From the NCBI GenBank assembly GCA_001820485.1, contig MHPU01000039.1, forward strand, positions 30,904 through 94,903: 64,000 bases of DNA, read 5' to 3'. Below are positions 1 to 9,049 of the stretch, in pieces. The notes below the pieces were generated by a model. The model ran no database searches. It saw only the letters and a program-made list of their open reading frames with translations, and had not been told where the DNA came from. The stretch's first letter is position 1. Each line of letters starts with the position of its first letter. The stretch comes from Candidatus Staskawiczbacteria bacterium RIFOXYD1_FULL_32_13 (lineage in GTDB: Bacteria; Patescibacteriota; Minisyncoccia; Minisyncoccales; Staskawiczbacteraceae). The position numbers and the translations under genes were made by a program.

Positions 1-3
1 AAT

Positions 4-843
4 ATGACAGCTGAAGTTAAAATTTTAATAGAGGGATATACGGGGATTGATAATTTAACTGGTCAAGAGAGAACTCAGTCAACTATTACTTTGGTTAAAG
101 ATAAAGACATAATAATGGTTGTAGATCCGGGCGTTCTGCCATCACAACAAGTTTTAATTGATAAATTAGCAGAAGAAAATTTACAGCTTGATGATGTAAA
201 TTATGTTTTTATTACTCACTCTCACCTAGATCACTATAGAAATGTTGGAATGTTTGTTAATGCTAAAGTTATAGAATATTTTGGTGTTTGGGATAAAAAT
301 AGAGTAGAAGATAGGGTAGAAAATTTAACAGAAAATTTAAGAATACTCGTGACGCCAGGGCATGATTATACGGCTTTAACTTTATTTGTTAACACAGAGC
401 AAGGTGTTGTAGCTATTTGTGGAGATGTATTTTGGCAAGAAAACAAACCAGAGGTTGATCCTTATGCTAAAGATTTAACAAAATTAAATCAAAGCAGACA
501 AATGATCTTACAAGTAGCAGATTTTGTAATTCCTGGGCATGGGGCGATGTATAAAGTTAAAGAAAGAGTTTTCGACACGCAAGAAGTTGTAAGAGATAAT
601 ATCAAAAAAATTTCAAATTATAGTTTTAATAAAATAAAAATTGCGAGTAAGATTTTTTCAACAAATATTTTAGCAAGCATAAAAAATAAATTAATTATAA
701 AAAGGTTGGGTAATTGTAAAAAATGCGGCAATTCTTTTAAAAAAATTGAAGATAAATGTGTTTGTCAAACACAATTTTGTTTTAGATGTTGCGAATGTGA
801 CATAGATTGCGATTTATGTAATTGCAAACACAAAATAAAGTAA
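4..843 (+). CDS. MBL-fold metallo-hydrolase with C-terminal Cys-rich tail
   Basis: THSHLDH, TPGH, CGD and IPGHG metallo-beta-lactamase motifs; last ~45 aa hold 12 Cys. Confidence 0.85.
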   Translation: MTAEVKILIEGYTGIDNLTGQERTQSTITLVKDKDIIMVVDPGVLPSQQVLIDKLAEENLQLDDVNYVFITHSHLDHYRNVGMFVNAKVIEYFGVWDKNRVEDRVENLTENLRILVTPGHDYTALTLFVNTEQGVVAICGDVFWQENKPEVDPYAKDLTKLNQSRQMILQVADFVIPGHGAMYKVKERVFDTQEVVRDNIKKISNYSFNKIKIASKIFSTNILASIKNKLIIKRLGNCKKCGNSFKKIEDKCVCQTQFCFRCCECDIDCDLCNCKHKIK

Positions 844-846
844 AGC

Positions 847-2226
847 ATGAAAAATAAAATATTCATATTTTTAGTTGTTCTATTGTTTTTAGGAATAGCT
901 GGTTTTGGCTATGCTTATTTACCGAGAATTGTTTATACAGAATTAGGGGATATTATTGTGGAAAAGCCAGAAGATTTACAGTTTTTTTATGATGAATTAA
1001 ATGAAAAACCTAGAAATTATTTTATTAATTCAGAAGTAGAATTTAATCTTTATATAAACATTTTAGTTCCAGCTTCAACAAATCAAAATGGAAGATATTC
1101 TGCTAATATTTTTTTGGTAAAAGATGGAGTTGAAGAAAAAATCGCATTTGTAGATGGACAAACAGATTTTGTTTGGCAAGAATATTATGATGAATTTGGT
1201 AGAGATTATTATTATAAAGGGCCAGAATTAGAGAAAAAATTATCTGCTGGTAATTACAAAATAGAGATTTTTTCTTATACAAATAAAGGTAAATATGTTT
1301 TGGATATAGGCAAAAATGAAACATTTCTTATTCCGCGAAGTTTTGGCGAAGTAGTTCCAATTTTAGCAGAGGGCACAAGAGCTTACTGGATATTTCCTCA
1401 GCTTAAGATGCAATTTTTTAAAACATCTGTTCTCGAACTTTTGTTTACTCTATTTGGTTTTATTTTAATTGGCATAATTTCTGTAACACTACTTTTAATT
1501 GCATTCTTAATTTTTATTAGTTATTTTATAGACAAAATCAAGGATATAAAACTCAAAATGATGCTTCTGACTTCTTCGGGAATGGTTGGCTCTCGCGACG
1601 ATATAATGGCAATTTTACCAAAACCTGCAGATGCTATAAGAGTAGCTTATATTATTACAGCTTCAAAACCAGTGGAAAACAAATTTTATGTAGAGGAAGA
1701 TGCAAGATTAATGAAAGAAGCAGGTTTTAATGTTCATGAAATTGATATTGAAGGAAAAAATCCAGAACAACTTTTACATTTATTAAGTAATTTTGATATT
1801 ATTTATATGCAGGGTGGAAATCCTTATTATTTATTAGACAAAATAAGAAGAAGTGGTTTTAAAAAAGTGCTTAAAAAATTATTAAAAAAAGGTATAATTT
1901 ATGTTGGTGCTTCTGCTGGATCAATGGTTGCTGGAGTTAATATTGAAGCTGGTAATTGGAAAGATAAAGAAAGAGATAAATTTGGATTAACTAATTTGAG
2001 TGCAATGAATTTTATACCATATAGTATTTTTGTTCATTATGCTCCAGAACATCAAGAAATAATAAAGAAACAATCAAATAGAGTAAAAAATCAATTAAAA
2101 ATTTTAACTGATAGTCAAGCATTATTTGTTTTAGATGAAAAAATTACCTTAGTGGGTAGTGGAGATGCTATAATTGCTAAGGATTTTCAAGATGAAACTA
2201 AAAAAAGAAGATTTTGGTTTTTTTAA
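847..2226 (+). CDS. Membrane-anchored protein with C-terminal peptidase S51 (dipeptidase E-like) domain
   Basis: N-terminal hydrophobic segment, TM at ~aa 197-228, YMQGGN and YVGASAGS nucleophile-elbow motifs, FVHY. Confidence 0.8.
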   Translation: MKNKIFIFLVVLLFLGIAGFGYAYLPRIVYTELGDIIVEKPEDLQFFYDELNEKPRNYFINSEVEFNLYINILVPASTNQNGRYSANIFLVKDGVEEKIAFVDGQTDFVWQEYYDEFGRDYYYKGPELEKKLSAGNYKIEIFSYTNKGKYVLDIGKNETFLIPRSFGEVVPILAEGTRAYWIFPQLKMQFFKTSVLELLFTLFGFILIGIISVTLLLIAFLIFISYFIDKIKDIKLKMMLLTSSGMVGSRDDIMAILPKPADAIRVAYIITASKPVENKFYVEEDARLMKEAGFNVHEIDIEGKNPEQLLHLLSNFDIIYMQGGNPYYLLDKIRRSGFKKVLKKLLKKGIIYVGASAGSMVAGVNIEAGNWKDKERDKFGLTNLSAMNFIPYSIFVHYAPEHQEIIKKQSNRVKNQLKILTDSQALFVLDEKITLVGSGDAIIAKDFQDETKKRRFWFF

Positions 2227-2246
2227 TTTAATAGGGCTAATATATT

Positions 2247-2468
2247 ATGAGAATAAATGTAAAAGCAAAACCAAATTCAAAACACGAATCAATAGAAAAA
2301 ATTGATGAAAATAATTTTATTGTTTGTGTAAAAGAAGAACCAAGGCAAGGCAGGGCAAACTTAGCAATTAGAAATGCCTTGGCTGTTTATTTTAAAACTG
2401 GAACTAGTAATGTAAAAATTATTTCTGGACACACATCTCGAAATAAAATTATTGACATTATGTTTTAA
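2247..2468 (+). CDS. DUF167/YggU-family protein
   Basis: VKAKPNS...P..GRAN...IISGHTSRNK signature. Confidence 0.9.
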   Translation: MRINVKAKPNSKHESIEKIDENNFIVCVKEEPRQGRANLAIRNALAVYFKTGTSNVKIISGHTSRNKIIDIMF

Positions 2469-2576
2469 ACGCGTATAATAAAATAGAAAGGTCGCAATAG
2501 TAAAATGAATAAACCGAAAGAAGCATTCTAAAAAGAAATATTTAAATTTGAAGATGTGAAAATCGGTTATAACAAA

Positions 2577-2894
2577 ATGGCAAAAGAAAAAGATCAAGAG
2601 TTTCTTGAATTTATTGTCAAGGAATTAGTTGACAATCCAAAAGATGTCAAAGTAGAAAGAAAAGTTGATGAAATGGGAGTTTTACTTTCATTAACTGTAA
2701 ACCCAGCAGATATGGGTCAAATCATTGGAAGAGAAGGTTCAACAGCTAAGGCAATTAGAAACTTAGTAAGAATCGTAGGACTTAAAAACCACGCCAGAGT
2801 AAACCTTAAAATTGAGGAACCAGAGGGTGGAAGAGCTCCAAGAGCTGAAAGAAAAGAAGTTTCTTCAGATGATATTGATAATATCTCTTTATAG
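2577..2894 (+). CDS. khpA: KH-domain RNA-binding protein KhpA
   Basis: LVDNPKDV..DMGQIIGREGSTAKAIR; upstream of trmD; start set at ATG 2577. Confidence 0.92.
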   Translation: MAKEKDQEFLEFIVKELVDNPKDVKVERKVDEMGVLLSLTVNPADMGQIIGREGSTAKAIRNLVRIVGLKNHARVNLKIEEPEGGRAPRAERKEVSSDDIDNISL

Positions 2895-2911
2895 TTTATA
2901 AAGATTATAAA

Positions 2912-2952
2912 AAACAAAAGTCGCGATTTAGTTTAGATCGCGATTTTTGTTT
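2912..2952. terminator. Intrinsic terminator after khpA, possibly bidirectional
   Basis: AAACAAAAGTCGCGAT...ATCGCGATTTTTGTTT hairpin with A/T tracts. Confidence 0.75.
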
Positions 2953-3132
2953 ATTTATAAATATAAATTTCAAGTATTTACATACGATTAAACTACGATC
3001 GTGGTGTAATCGTATGTAGAAATTATATAGATTATATAGATATTTTTATAAGTATATTTTTTATTAATTTTTTTGTAAAAAAACCCGGACCGTCGCAGTG
3101 CAACGATCACGGGTATGAAATGGAACCGTATT

Positions 3133-3543
3133 TCAAAGGTTCCCAAATGCCTTGAGTCTGGTCTTCAAATTTTTGAGCTCGGCTCGAAGCTCAGCGATTT
3201 CGTCTTGTCTTTGCTGGTTGGCTTCGAGCAAATCTTTGATGCTTTGCTCGAGCCGGCGATTTGTGGCTCGCAGTTCATCTGTTATAGCCATTAATTCGCC
3301 GATGTTGTGACGTTGCTCTTCGAGCTTCAGTGCCAGCTGAGCAGACATTGTCAGTCCGAAGGTTTGAAGATTTACGCCATCGCGACCGAAACAGTCGTCT
3401 GAAATCTCGCCGATAGGAGTAGTTGTCTCCGCTATCGTGTCCCGATCGATCAGATGATTGCTCAGCGAGATCAAATCTCCATTCTCTTTGACCAATGCCC
3501 AGTAATGAAAACGACTTTTGAATGTGCAGATAACGACCTTCAT
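3133..3543 (-). CDS. Orphan coiled-coil protein (GC-richer solo cassette)
   Basis: ORF with GGAGA SD before ATG 3543; heptad-rich C-terminus; own terminator at ~3070-3115. Confidence 0.6.
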   Translation of the reverse strand: MKVVICTFKSRFHYWALVKENGDLISLSNHLIDRDTIAETTTPIGEISDDCFGRDGVNLQTFGLTMSAQLALKLEEQRHNIGELMAITDELRATNRRLEQSIKDLLEANQQRQDEIAELRAELKNLKTRLKAFGNL

Positions 3544-3650
3544 TGCAATAATCTCCATGAAGTGTGATGGTGAAAAACCATTTTAAGACTATGTCATATT
3601 TTATATATTGTCAAGTTTACAAAGTATATTATTTAGTGTATTATGATTTT

Positions 3651-4367
3651 ATGATTAAATTTGATGTCATTACAATTTTTCCGAAAATATTCAATTCTTA
3701 CATTGGGGAGAGTTTGATTGCAAGAGCCATTAAGAAAAAATTAATAAAAATAAATATTCATAATTTAAGAAAATGGACTACAGATAATCATCAAACAGTA
3801 GACGGCAGGCCATTTGGTGGAGGATTAGGAATGGTAATGATGGTAGAACCAATATACAAGGCGATCCGCGCTTTGGCGAAATCACAAATCACAAATCACA
3901 AATTACAAACAAATCACAAATCACAAGAAAAAATAAAACGAAAAGTGATTTTATTTACTCCACGGGGAGAGAAGTTTACGCAAAAAATGGCTTTTAAACT
4001 CTCCAAATTAGATCAAATTATTTTTATTTGTGGAAGATATGAAGGAGTTGATGAAAGAGTAGCAGAAAAGATAGCTGATATTAAATTATCTATTGGAGAT
4101 TATGATTTAATGGGTGGAGAATTGCCCACAATGGTTTGTATAGAAGCAATTTCGCGTTTGGTACCTGGAGTTATTGGCAAGGAAAAATTGCTCAAAGAAC
4201 GTATTACAAAATCTGGTGGATTTATTGAATATGCTCAATATACTCGTCCTGAAGTTTTTATAATTAAAGATAGAAAAAAGTGGAAAGTCCCACCAGTTCT
4301 TTTAACTGGAAATCATAAGAATATTGAAGAATGGAAAAAAGCTCATGCAAAAGAAATTTTAGATTAG
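3651..4367 (+). CDS. trmD: tRNA (guanine37-N1)-methyltransferase
   Basis: VDGRPFGGGLGMVM, ICGRYEGVDERV, SIGDYDLMGGE, QYTRP; start ATG 3651. Confidence 0.97.
   Translation: MIKFDVITIFPKIFNSYIGESLIARAIKKKLIKINIHNLRKWTTDNHQTVDGRPFGGGLGMVMMVEPIYKAIRALAKSQITNHKLQTNHKSQEKIKRKVILFTPRGEKFTQKMAFKLSKLDQIIFICGRYEGVDERVAEKIADIKLSIGDYDLMGGELPTMVCIEAISRLVPGVIGKEKLLKERITKSGGFIEYAQYTRPEVFIIKDRKKWKVPPVLLTGNHKNIEEWKKAHAKEILD
3879..3926 (+). repeat. In-frame heptamer tandem repeat (AAATCAC)n within trmD
   Basis: aaatcacaaatcacaaatcacaaattacaaacaaatcacaaatcacaa, encoding KSQITNHKLQTNHKSQ. Confidence 0.85.
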
Positions 4368-4419
4368 CAATAGGCATTGAAAGAATAAGATTTTTGTGAT
4401 ATAAATATAAAATAGATTT

Positions 4420-4502
4420 GGGCAGGTGGCTGAGCAGCAAAGGCAACAGACTGTAAATCTGTCGGGGTTTCCCCTTCATAGGTGCAAGTCCTATCCTGCC
4501 CA
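4420..4502 (+). tRNA. tRNA-Tyr(GTA)
   Basis: GGGCAGG/CCTGCCC acceptor, ACAGA-CTGTAAA-TCTGT anticodon arm, long variable arm. Confidence 0.93.
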
Positions 4503-4516
4503 CACTTCGAAGAAGT

Positions 4517-4538
4517 GCCCTGAGCGAAGTCGAAGGGC
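4517..4538. repeat. Short palindromic repeat, family A (CCCTGAGC..AGTCGAAGGG)
   Basis: gccctgagcgaagtcgaagggc; related copies at 34820, 36277, 47337, 50721, 58435, 60546. Confidence 0.8.
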
Positions 4539-4548
4539 GTTAAATTAA

Positions 4549-4624
4549 GCCGATGTAGCTCAGGTAGCAGAGCACATTCTTGGTAAGAATGAGGTCCGCA
4601 GTGCAAATCTGCGCATCGGCTCCA
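4549..4624 (+). tRNA. tRNA-Thr(GGT) with encoded CCA
   Basis: GCCGATG/CATCGGC acceptor, ATTCT-TGGTA-AGAAT anticodon arm, TCCA end. Confidence 0.93.
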
Positions 4625-4712
4625 TCGGAAGAAACTATAAAGCGTTTAGCTTTTAGCGTCTAGCGTCTAGTATAACTATACCCTATACCCTAAACTCTAT
4701 ACCCTAAATACA

Positions 4713-4874
4713 GTGGCAACAAAAAAACCATTTTTAAAGATACAATGCAGTGCTTGTAAAACAGTAAATTATTTTACAAAAAAATCAAAAAAAGTAGCAG
4801 AAACAAAACTTGAAATGCAAAAATTTTGTAATTCTTGCAAAAAACACACAAAACATAAAGAAACTCGTAAATAA
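4713..4874 (+). CDS. rpmG: 50S ribosomal protein L33 (Zn-ribbon type); not in ORF track
   Basis: GTG start; MATKKPFLKIQCSACKTVNYFTKKSKKVAETKLEMQKFCNSCKKHTKHKETRK*. Confidence 0.93.
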   Translation: MATKKPFLKIQCSACKTVNYFTKKSKKVAETKLEMQKFCNSCKKHTKHKETRK

Positions 4875-4926
4875 CTATACGGACTTTCTTAAGTTTGAGG
4901 ATATGATTTATCCTAAAACTGCAACT

Positions 4927-4950
4927 GGCGGGCTATAAGCCCGTCTTTTG
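4927..4950 (+). terminator. Terminator inside the element's left end
   Basis: GGCGGGCT-ATA-AGCCCGTC-TTTTG. Confidence 0.7.
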
Positions 4951-5014
4951 TTTTGGTGGAGTTGAATTTATGTTGAAAAAGGAGTAAATTAAATATAAAA
5001 GTAAGTAAAAAATT

Positions 5015-5188
5015 ATGTTGCCAAAAGAAGCCATTGAAGAATTTAAGAAGCTGTATTTCAAAAATTACAAAATACAGCTTTCAGATGAAGAAGCAGTTCG
5101 CCGAGCAAATAACCTTGTGGATCTTTATAGTAAAGTTTATGGCGGTGATTGTGGTTCAATAAAGGATATTGATAAAAATAAAAATTAA
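5015..5188 (+). CDS. Small helical protein (57 aa), paralog of 19816 and 20059; not in ORF track
   Basis: MLPKEAIEEFKKLYFKNYKIQLSDEEAVRRANNLVDLY... Confidence 0.7.
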   Translation: MLPKEAIEEFKKLYFKNYKIQLSDEEAVRRANNLVDLYSKVYGGDCGSIKDIDKNKN

Positions 5189-5189
5189 A

Positions 5190-5690
5190 ATGTTAGTAGA
5201 AAAAATACAAAAACAAAATGTTGGAAACGCCGGAGAATATTATATTGCTTCAAGATTATCTGCTTTGAATTTTGTAGCAACTATAACGCTCGGTCGGGCA
5301 GAAAAATACGACATATTGGCTATTAGCCCAAAAGGTAGGGTTGTTAAATTATCTGTAAAAACTACTCAAGTTGAAAAAGCAAAGGATTTTCCATTATCGC
5401 ACAAAGACGAATGTGGACAATCAGAAGATTTTTATTATGCTTTTGTAAAATTAAATAATTTTACCAAAGATCCTGATTTCTGGGTTATTCCAAGTAAAGT
5501 TTTATGTCCTTTGCTTAAAAATTCTCACGAAAAATGGGGGAATACTCTAAATAGAAAAGGAGAAAAACACGGACATTCAGATGTTAGATTGTTGCCGATT
5601 GAATTAACTGCTGGACAACGACAATATTACCCTGAAAACTGGGAGAAAGATGTTGAAAAATACTATAAAAATTTAAACCAATTATTATGA
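5190..5690 (+). CDS. PD-(D/E)XK-like nuclease
   Basis: GNAGEYY...YDILA...LSVKT pattern; ATG 5190; stop overlaps next start (ATGA). Confidence 0.65.
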   Translation: MLVEKIQKQNVGNAGEYYIASRLSALNFVATITLGRAEKYDILAISPKGRVVKLSVKTTQVEKAKDFPLSHKDECGQSEDFYYAFVKLNNFTKDPDFWVIPSKVLCPLLKNSHEKWGNTLNRKGEKHGHSDVRLLPIELTAGQRQYYPENWEKDVEKYYKNLNQLL

Positions 5691-8600
5691 ATAATTTTAT
5701 TACAAATGCGGAGCAAAAAAACTTAAAAACACGACTTGTTGAGTTAATTAAGAAAAGCGATGAACTCAAATTTTTGGTCGGGTTTTTTTATTTTTCCGGA
5801 ATAAGAGAGCTGTATGAAGGATTGAAAGAAAATCCTAATGTCAAAATAAAAGTTTTAGTTGGCTTAAATGTTGATAAAAATTTAATTGAGTTTGCTGAAA
5901 ATATTGAGGGGCAATCAGATGACGAAAGGGTTTATAATCTTTTTAGTTCTCTGAAAAAATCATTAAATACAAAGGATTTTGATAATCAAGAGTTTTATAA
6001 TCAAGTGAAATATTTTGTTGAATTGATAAAGGAAGAGAGATTGATAATGAGGAAAACATTTAATCCAAATCATTCCAAAGTTTATATTTTTAGATTGGAA
6101 GAGGGGCAGGTTTCAAGGCAGAAATTATTTATTACGGGAAGTAGTAATTTAACAAAAGCTGGATTAACAACACAAGAGGAATTTAATGTAGAGATAAGTG
6201 ATTATGGTTTTGACGATGCAGAAAAGTATTTTGATAATCTTTGGGCAGAGGCGATAAAGATAACAGAAAATGATGTTTTGAGAAAGAAATTAGTAGATTT
6301 GATAGAAAAGGACACGCTTGTAAAAAACATTACCCCGTTTGAAGCATTTGTTCTTGTATTAAAGAACTACCTTGATTTTTATGATAACAAAAAGGAATTA
6401 GGAAGCTCTTTAATTGAGATATTAGAAAATAATGGATATAAAGCCTATCAATATCAATTAGACGCTATAAAGCAAGGATTGGCGATAATAGAGAAGGATA
6501 ATGGGGTTATTCTTGCTGATGTTGTTGGTTTGGGCAAAACGATAATTGCCTGTGCTATTGCTAACCAACTTAAAAGGAGGGGCTTGGTTATTTGTCCTCC
6601 CGGACTGGTGGGAGATAAAAATAGAGCTTCTGGGTGGAAAAAATATCTTGATCAATTCAAGCTGTATAATTTAGATTGGGAAGTAAGGTCTCTTGGAGAA
6701 ATGGAAAACACTTTTGACTTTGTTAAAAAGAATAAAGATATTGAGGTTATTATTGTTGATGAAGCTCATCGTTTTAGAAACGAAGACACTGAAGACTATG
6801 AAATTTTAAAAAATATTTGTCGTGATAAGATTGTAATTTTACTTTCTGCTACTCCGTTTAACAATAAACCAAGTGATATACTTTCTTTGTTGAAGTTATT
6901 TGTTGCTACAAAAAAATCTTTTATAACTCTTGATAATAATCTTGCTAATAAATTTAAGATTTTCAGTGGAACATTTGATAGGCTTGCTTATATTAAAAAG
7001 AATTGGAATTCTCTTAATGAGCAAAAAAGAAAATTAGTTCAGAAATACTATAAGAGTTTTTTTGGTGAAACAGGTAGCGAGAATATTGATTTATCAAAAG
7101 TTAAACAAAAATCTCACTATTTAGCAAAACAAATAAGAGATGTTGTGGAGCCAGTTACCATAAGGCGTAATCGTCTTGATTTACAAAATAACCCATTTTA
7201 TAAAGAAGAGGTAAAAGATTTGTCAAAGATCAAGGATCCGGAGGAATGGTTTTTTGAATTGTCAAAAGAGCAGTCAGATTTTTATGATAGAATTATTAGT
7301 GTTTATTTTGGCGATGAAGAGAACGGAGGAAAATTCAAGGGTGCAATATACAGACCATTTAAATATGAAGTAAAGATTGAAAAAGAGTTAGAAGAAGAAA
7401 AAGATGATAGGGAAACAAATTTTAAAAAATGGCAACAAAAAAACCTGTATGATTTTATGCGTAGATTGTTGGTTAAAAGATTTGAAAGTTCTTTTGGCTC
7501 ATTTGAGAAAAGTATTAAAAATTTTAAGACAATAACAGAAATTGTTTTAAAGTTCATTGAGAAGACCGATAAGTATATTCTTGATAGATATTTACTTGAA
7601 AAAATATACGACCGAGATGATGATGAGATAGAGGCAGAATTGATTGAATTTGCAGAGAAATTAAAGAGAGGAAATTATCCGAAAAACAATCATATTTATG
7701 AATTGAATAAAGATTTTAATGATAAAGAGGGTTTTATTAGGGATATTAAATCAGATCTTTCTCTTTATGACGATATTTTGAAAGAACTTTCAGATTTAAA
7801 ACTCATCAAGAATGACCCAAAATCATTATGCTTGATAGAAAATTTAAAAAAGGACATAAAAAACAAACAAGAAAAGGGAGAGCCCAAAAGGAAAGTAGTT
7901 ATATTCTCAGAATATGTTGATACTATAAAGCATCTTGAACCAACGCTTAAAAAGGAATTTGGAGATAAACTTTTAGTTGTTGCCGGTGATTTATCGCCTC
8001 AAAAAATATCTCAAATCAATAAAAACTTTGATGCTTCGTTTGAAGAGCAAGATAATGATTATGATGTTTTATTGGCTTCTGACCGAATATCAGAAGGATT
8101 TAACCTTAATAGAGCAGGAATAATTGTAAATTATGATATACCCTGGAACCCAGTAAGAGTAATCCAAAGAGTGGGGCGTATAAACCGTATAAGTAAAAAA
8201 GTTTTTAATAATCTTTATATTGCAAACTTTTTTCCAACAGAAAGAGGTTCTCAGCTCGTAAGATCAAGAGAAATAGCACAAAACAAAATGTTTTTAATTC
8301 ATAGTGTTTTGGGAGAAGATGCTAAAATTTTTGATATTGACGAAGAACCAACTCCATCAGGTCTATTTACAAAAATACAGCAAAACCCAGATAATTTGGA
8401 AGAAGAAAGTTTTAATACAAGGGCGTTAAAGAAGTTTGAAGAAATTAAAAAGGAAAATTCACAACTAATTCAAGAAATTGAGAATTATCCTCCAAGAGTT
8501 AAAGTTGCTAAAGAATTTAATGAAAGCGAACTTTTTGTTTTTATTAAGAAAAGTAAACTCTATGTTAGGGGAATAAAATATAATAAAGAGAATAATGAAA

Positions 8601-9049
8601 ATGAAATTTACGATACTACCTTTGAGGATGTATTTAATAGAGTTTTATGTGAGAAAGATGAAAAGCAGTTGCAATTAAGCAATGTGTTTTGGGATAATTA
8701 CGATAAAGCCAAGAATTTTAAAGAAAAATTTGTTCCACCAAGTGTTCAAAGTTTAGAGCAAAGAGCATTGGATAATCTTAAAATAATAATTGCAAATCCA
8801 TCAGAAAAATTATTACCGCATTTAAACTTTTTAAGAACATTAAGAGAAGATATTTTGGATTATGGCACTCTTGCTGATTATACATTTAGAACAATTATTG
8901 ATTTTAAAAATGCAAATGATGAGCAGACTATTTTAGATATTATAGAATTAAAAAATAAAATGGGAGAGAATTATTTGGATAGAGAAAAAGATAATAAAAA
9001 AGATTTATCAAAAGAAATTATTGTTGCTATTGAAAATCAAAAAATATGA
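5687..9049 (+). CDS. PLD-like nuclease domain fused to SNF2-type helicase
   Basis: HSKVY..GSSNLT (PLD); LADVVGLGKT, DEAH, SATP, EGFNL, QRVGRINRI (SF2). Confidence 0.88.
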   Translation: MNNFITNAEQKNLKTRLVELIKKSDELKFLVGFFYFSGIRELYEGLKENPNVKIKVLVGLNVDKNLIEFAENIEGQSDDERVYNLFSSLKKSLNTKDFDNQEFYNQVKYFVELIKEERLIMRKTFNPNHSKVYIFRLEEGQVSRQKLFITGSSNLTKAGLTTQEEFNVEISDYGFDDAEKYFDNLWAEAIKITENDVLRKKLVDLIEKDTLVKNITPFEAFVLVLKNYLDFYDNKKELGSSLIEILENNGYKAYQYQLDAIKQGLAIIEKDNGVILADVVGLGKTIIACAIANQLKRRGLVICPPGLVGDKNRASGWKKYLDQFKLYNLDWEVRSLGEMENTFDFVKKNKDIEVIIVDEAHRFRNEDTEDYEILKNICRDKIVILLSATPFNNKPSDILSLLKLFVATKKSFITLDNNLANKFKIFSGTFDRLAYIKKNWNSLNEQKRKLVQKYYKSFFGETGSENIDLSKVKQKSHYLAKQIRDVVEPVTIRRNRLDLQNNPFYKEEVKDLSKIKDPEEWFFELSKEQSDFYDRIISVYFGDEENGGKFKGAIYRPFKYEVKIEKELEEEKDDRETNFKKWQQKNLYDFMRRLLVKRFESSFGSFEKSIKNFKTITEIVLKFIEKTDKYILDRYLLEKIYDRDDDEIEAELIEFAEKLKRGNYPKNNHIYELNKDFNDKEGFIRDIKSDLSLYDDILKELSDLKLIKNDPKSLCLIENLKKDIKNKQEKGEPKRKVVIFSEYVDTIKHLEPTLKKEFGDKLLVVAGDLSPQKISQINKNFDASFEEQDNDYDVLLASDRISEGFNLNRAGIIVNYDIPWNPVRVIQRVGRINRISKKVFNNLYIANFFPTERGSQLVRSREIAQNKMFLIHSVLGEDAKIFDIDEEPTPSGLFTKIQQNPDNLEEESFNTRALKKFEEIKKENSQLIQEIENYPPRVKVAKEFNESELFVFIKKSKLYVRGIKYNKENNENEIYDTTFEDVFNRVLCEKDEKQLQLSNVFWDNYDKAKNFKEKFVPPSVQSLEQRALDNLKIIIANPSEKLLPHLNFLRTLREDILDYGTLADYTFRTIIDFKNANDEQTILDIIELKNKMGENYLDREKDNKKDLSKEIIVAIENQKI

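Noticed and set aside
4264-4606. Minus-strand ORFs of 79 and 80 aa
   Set aside because: Antisense shadows of tRNA-Tyr/tRNA-Thr and a repeat.
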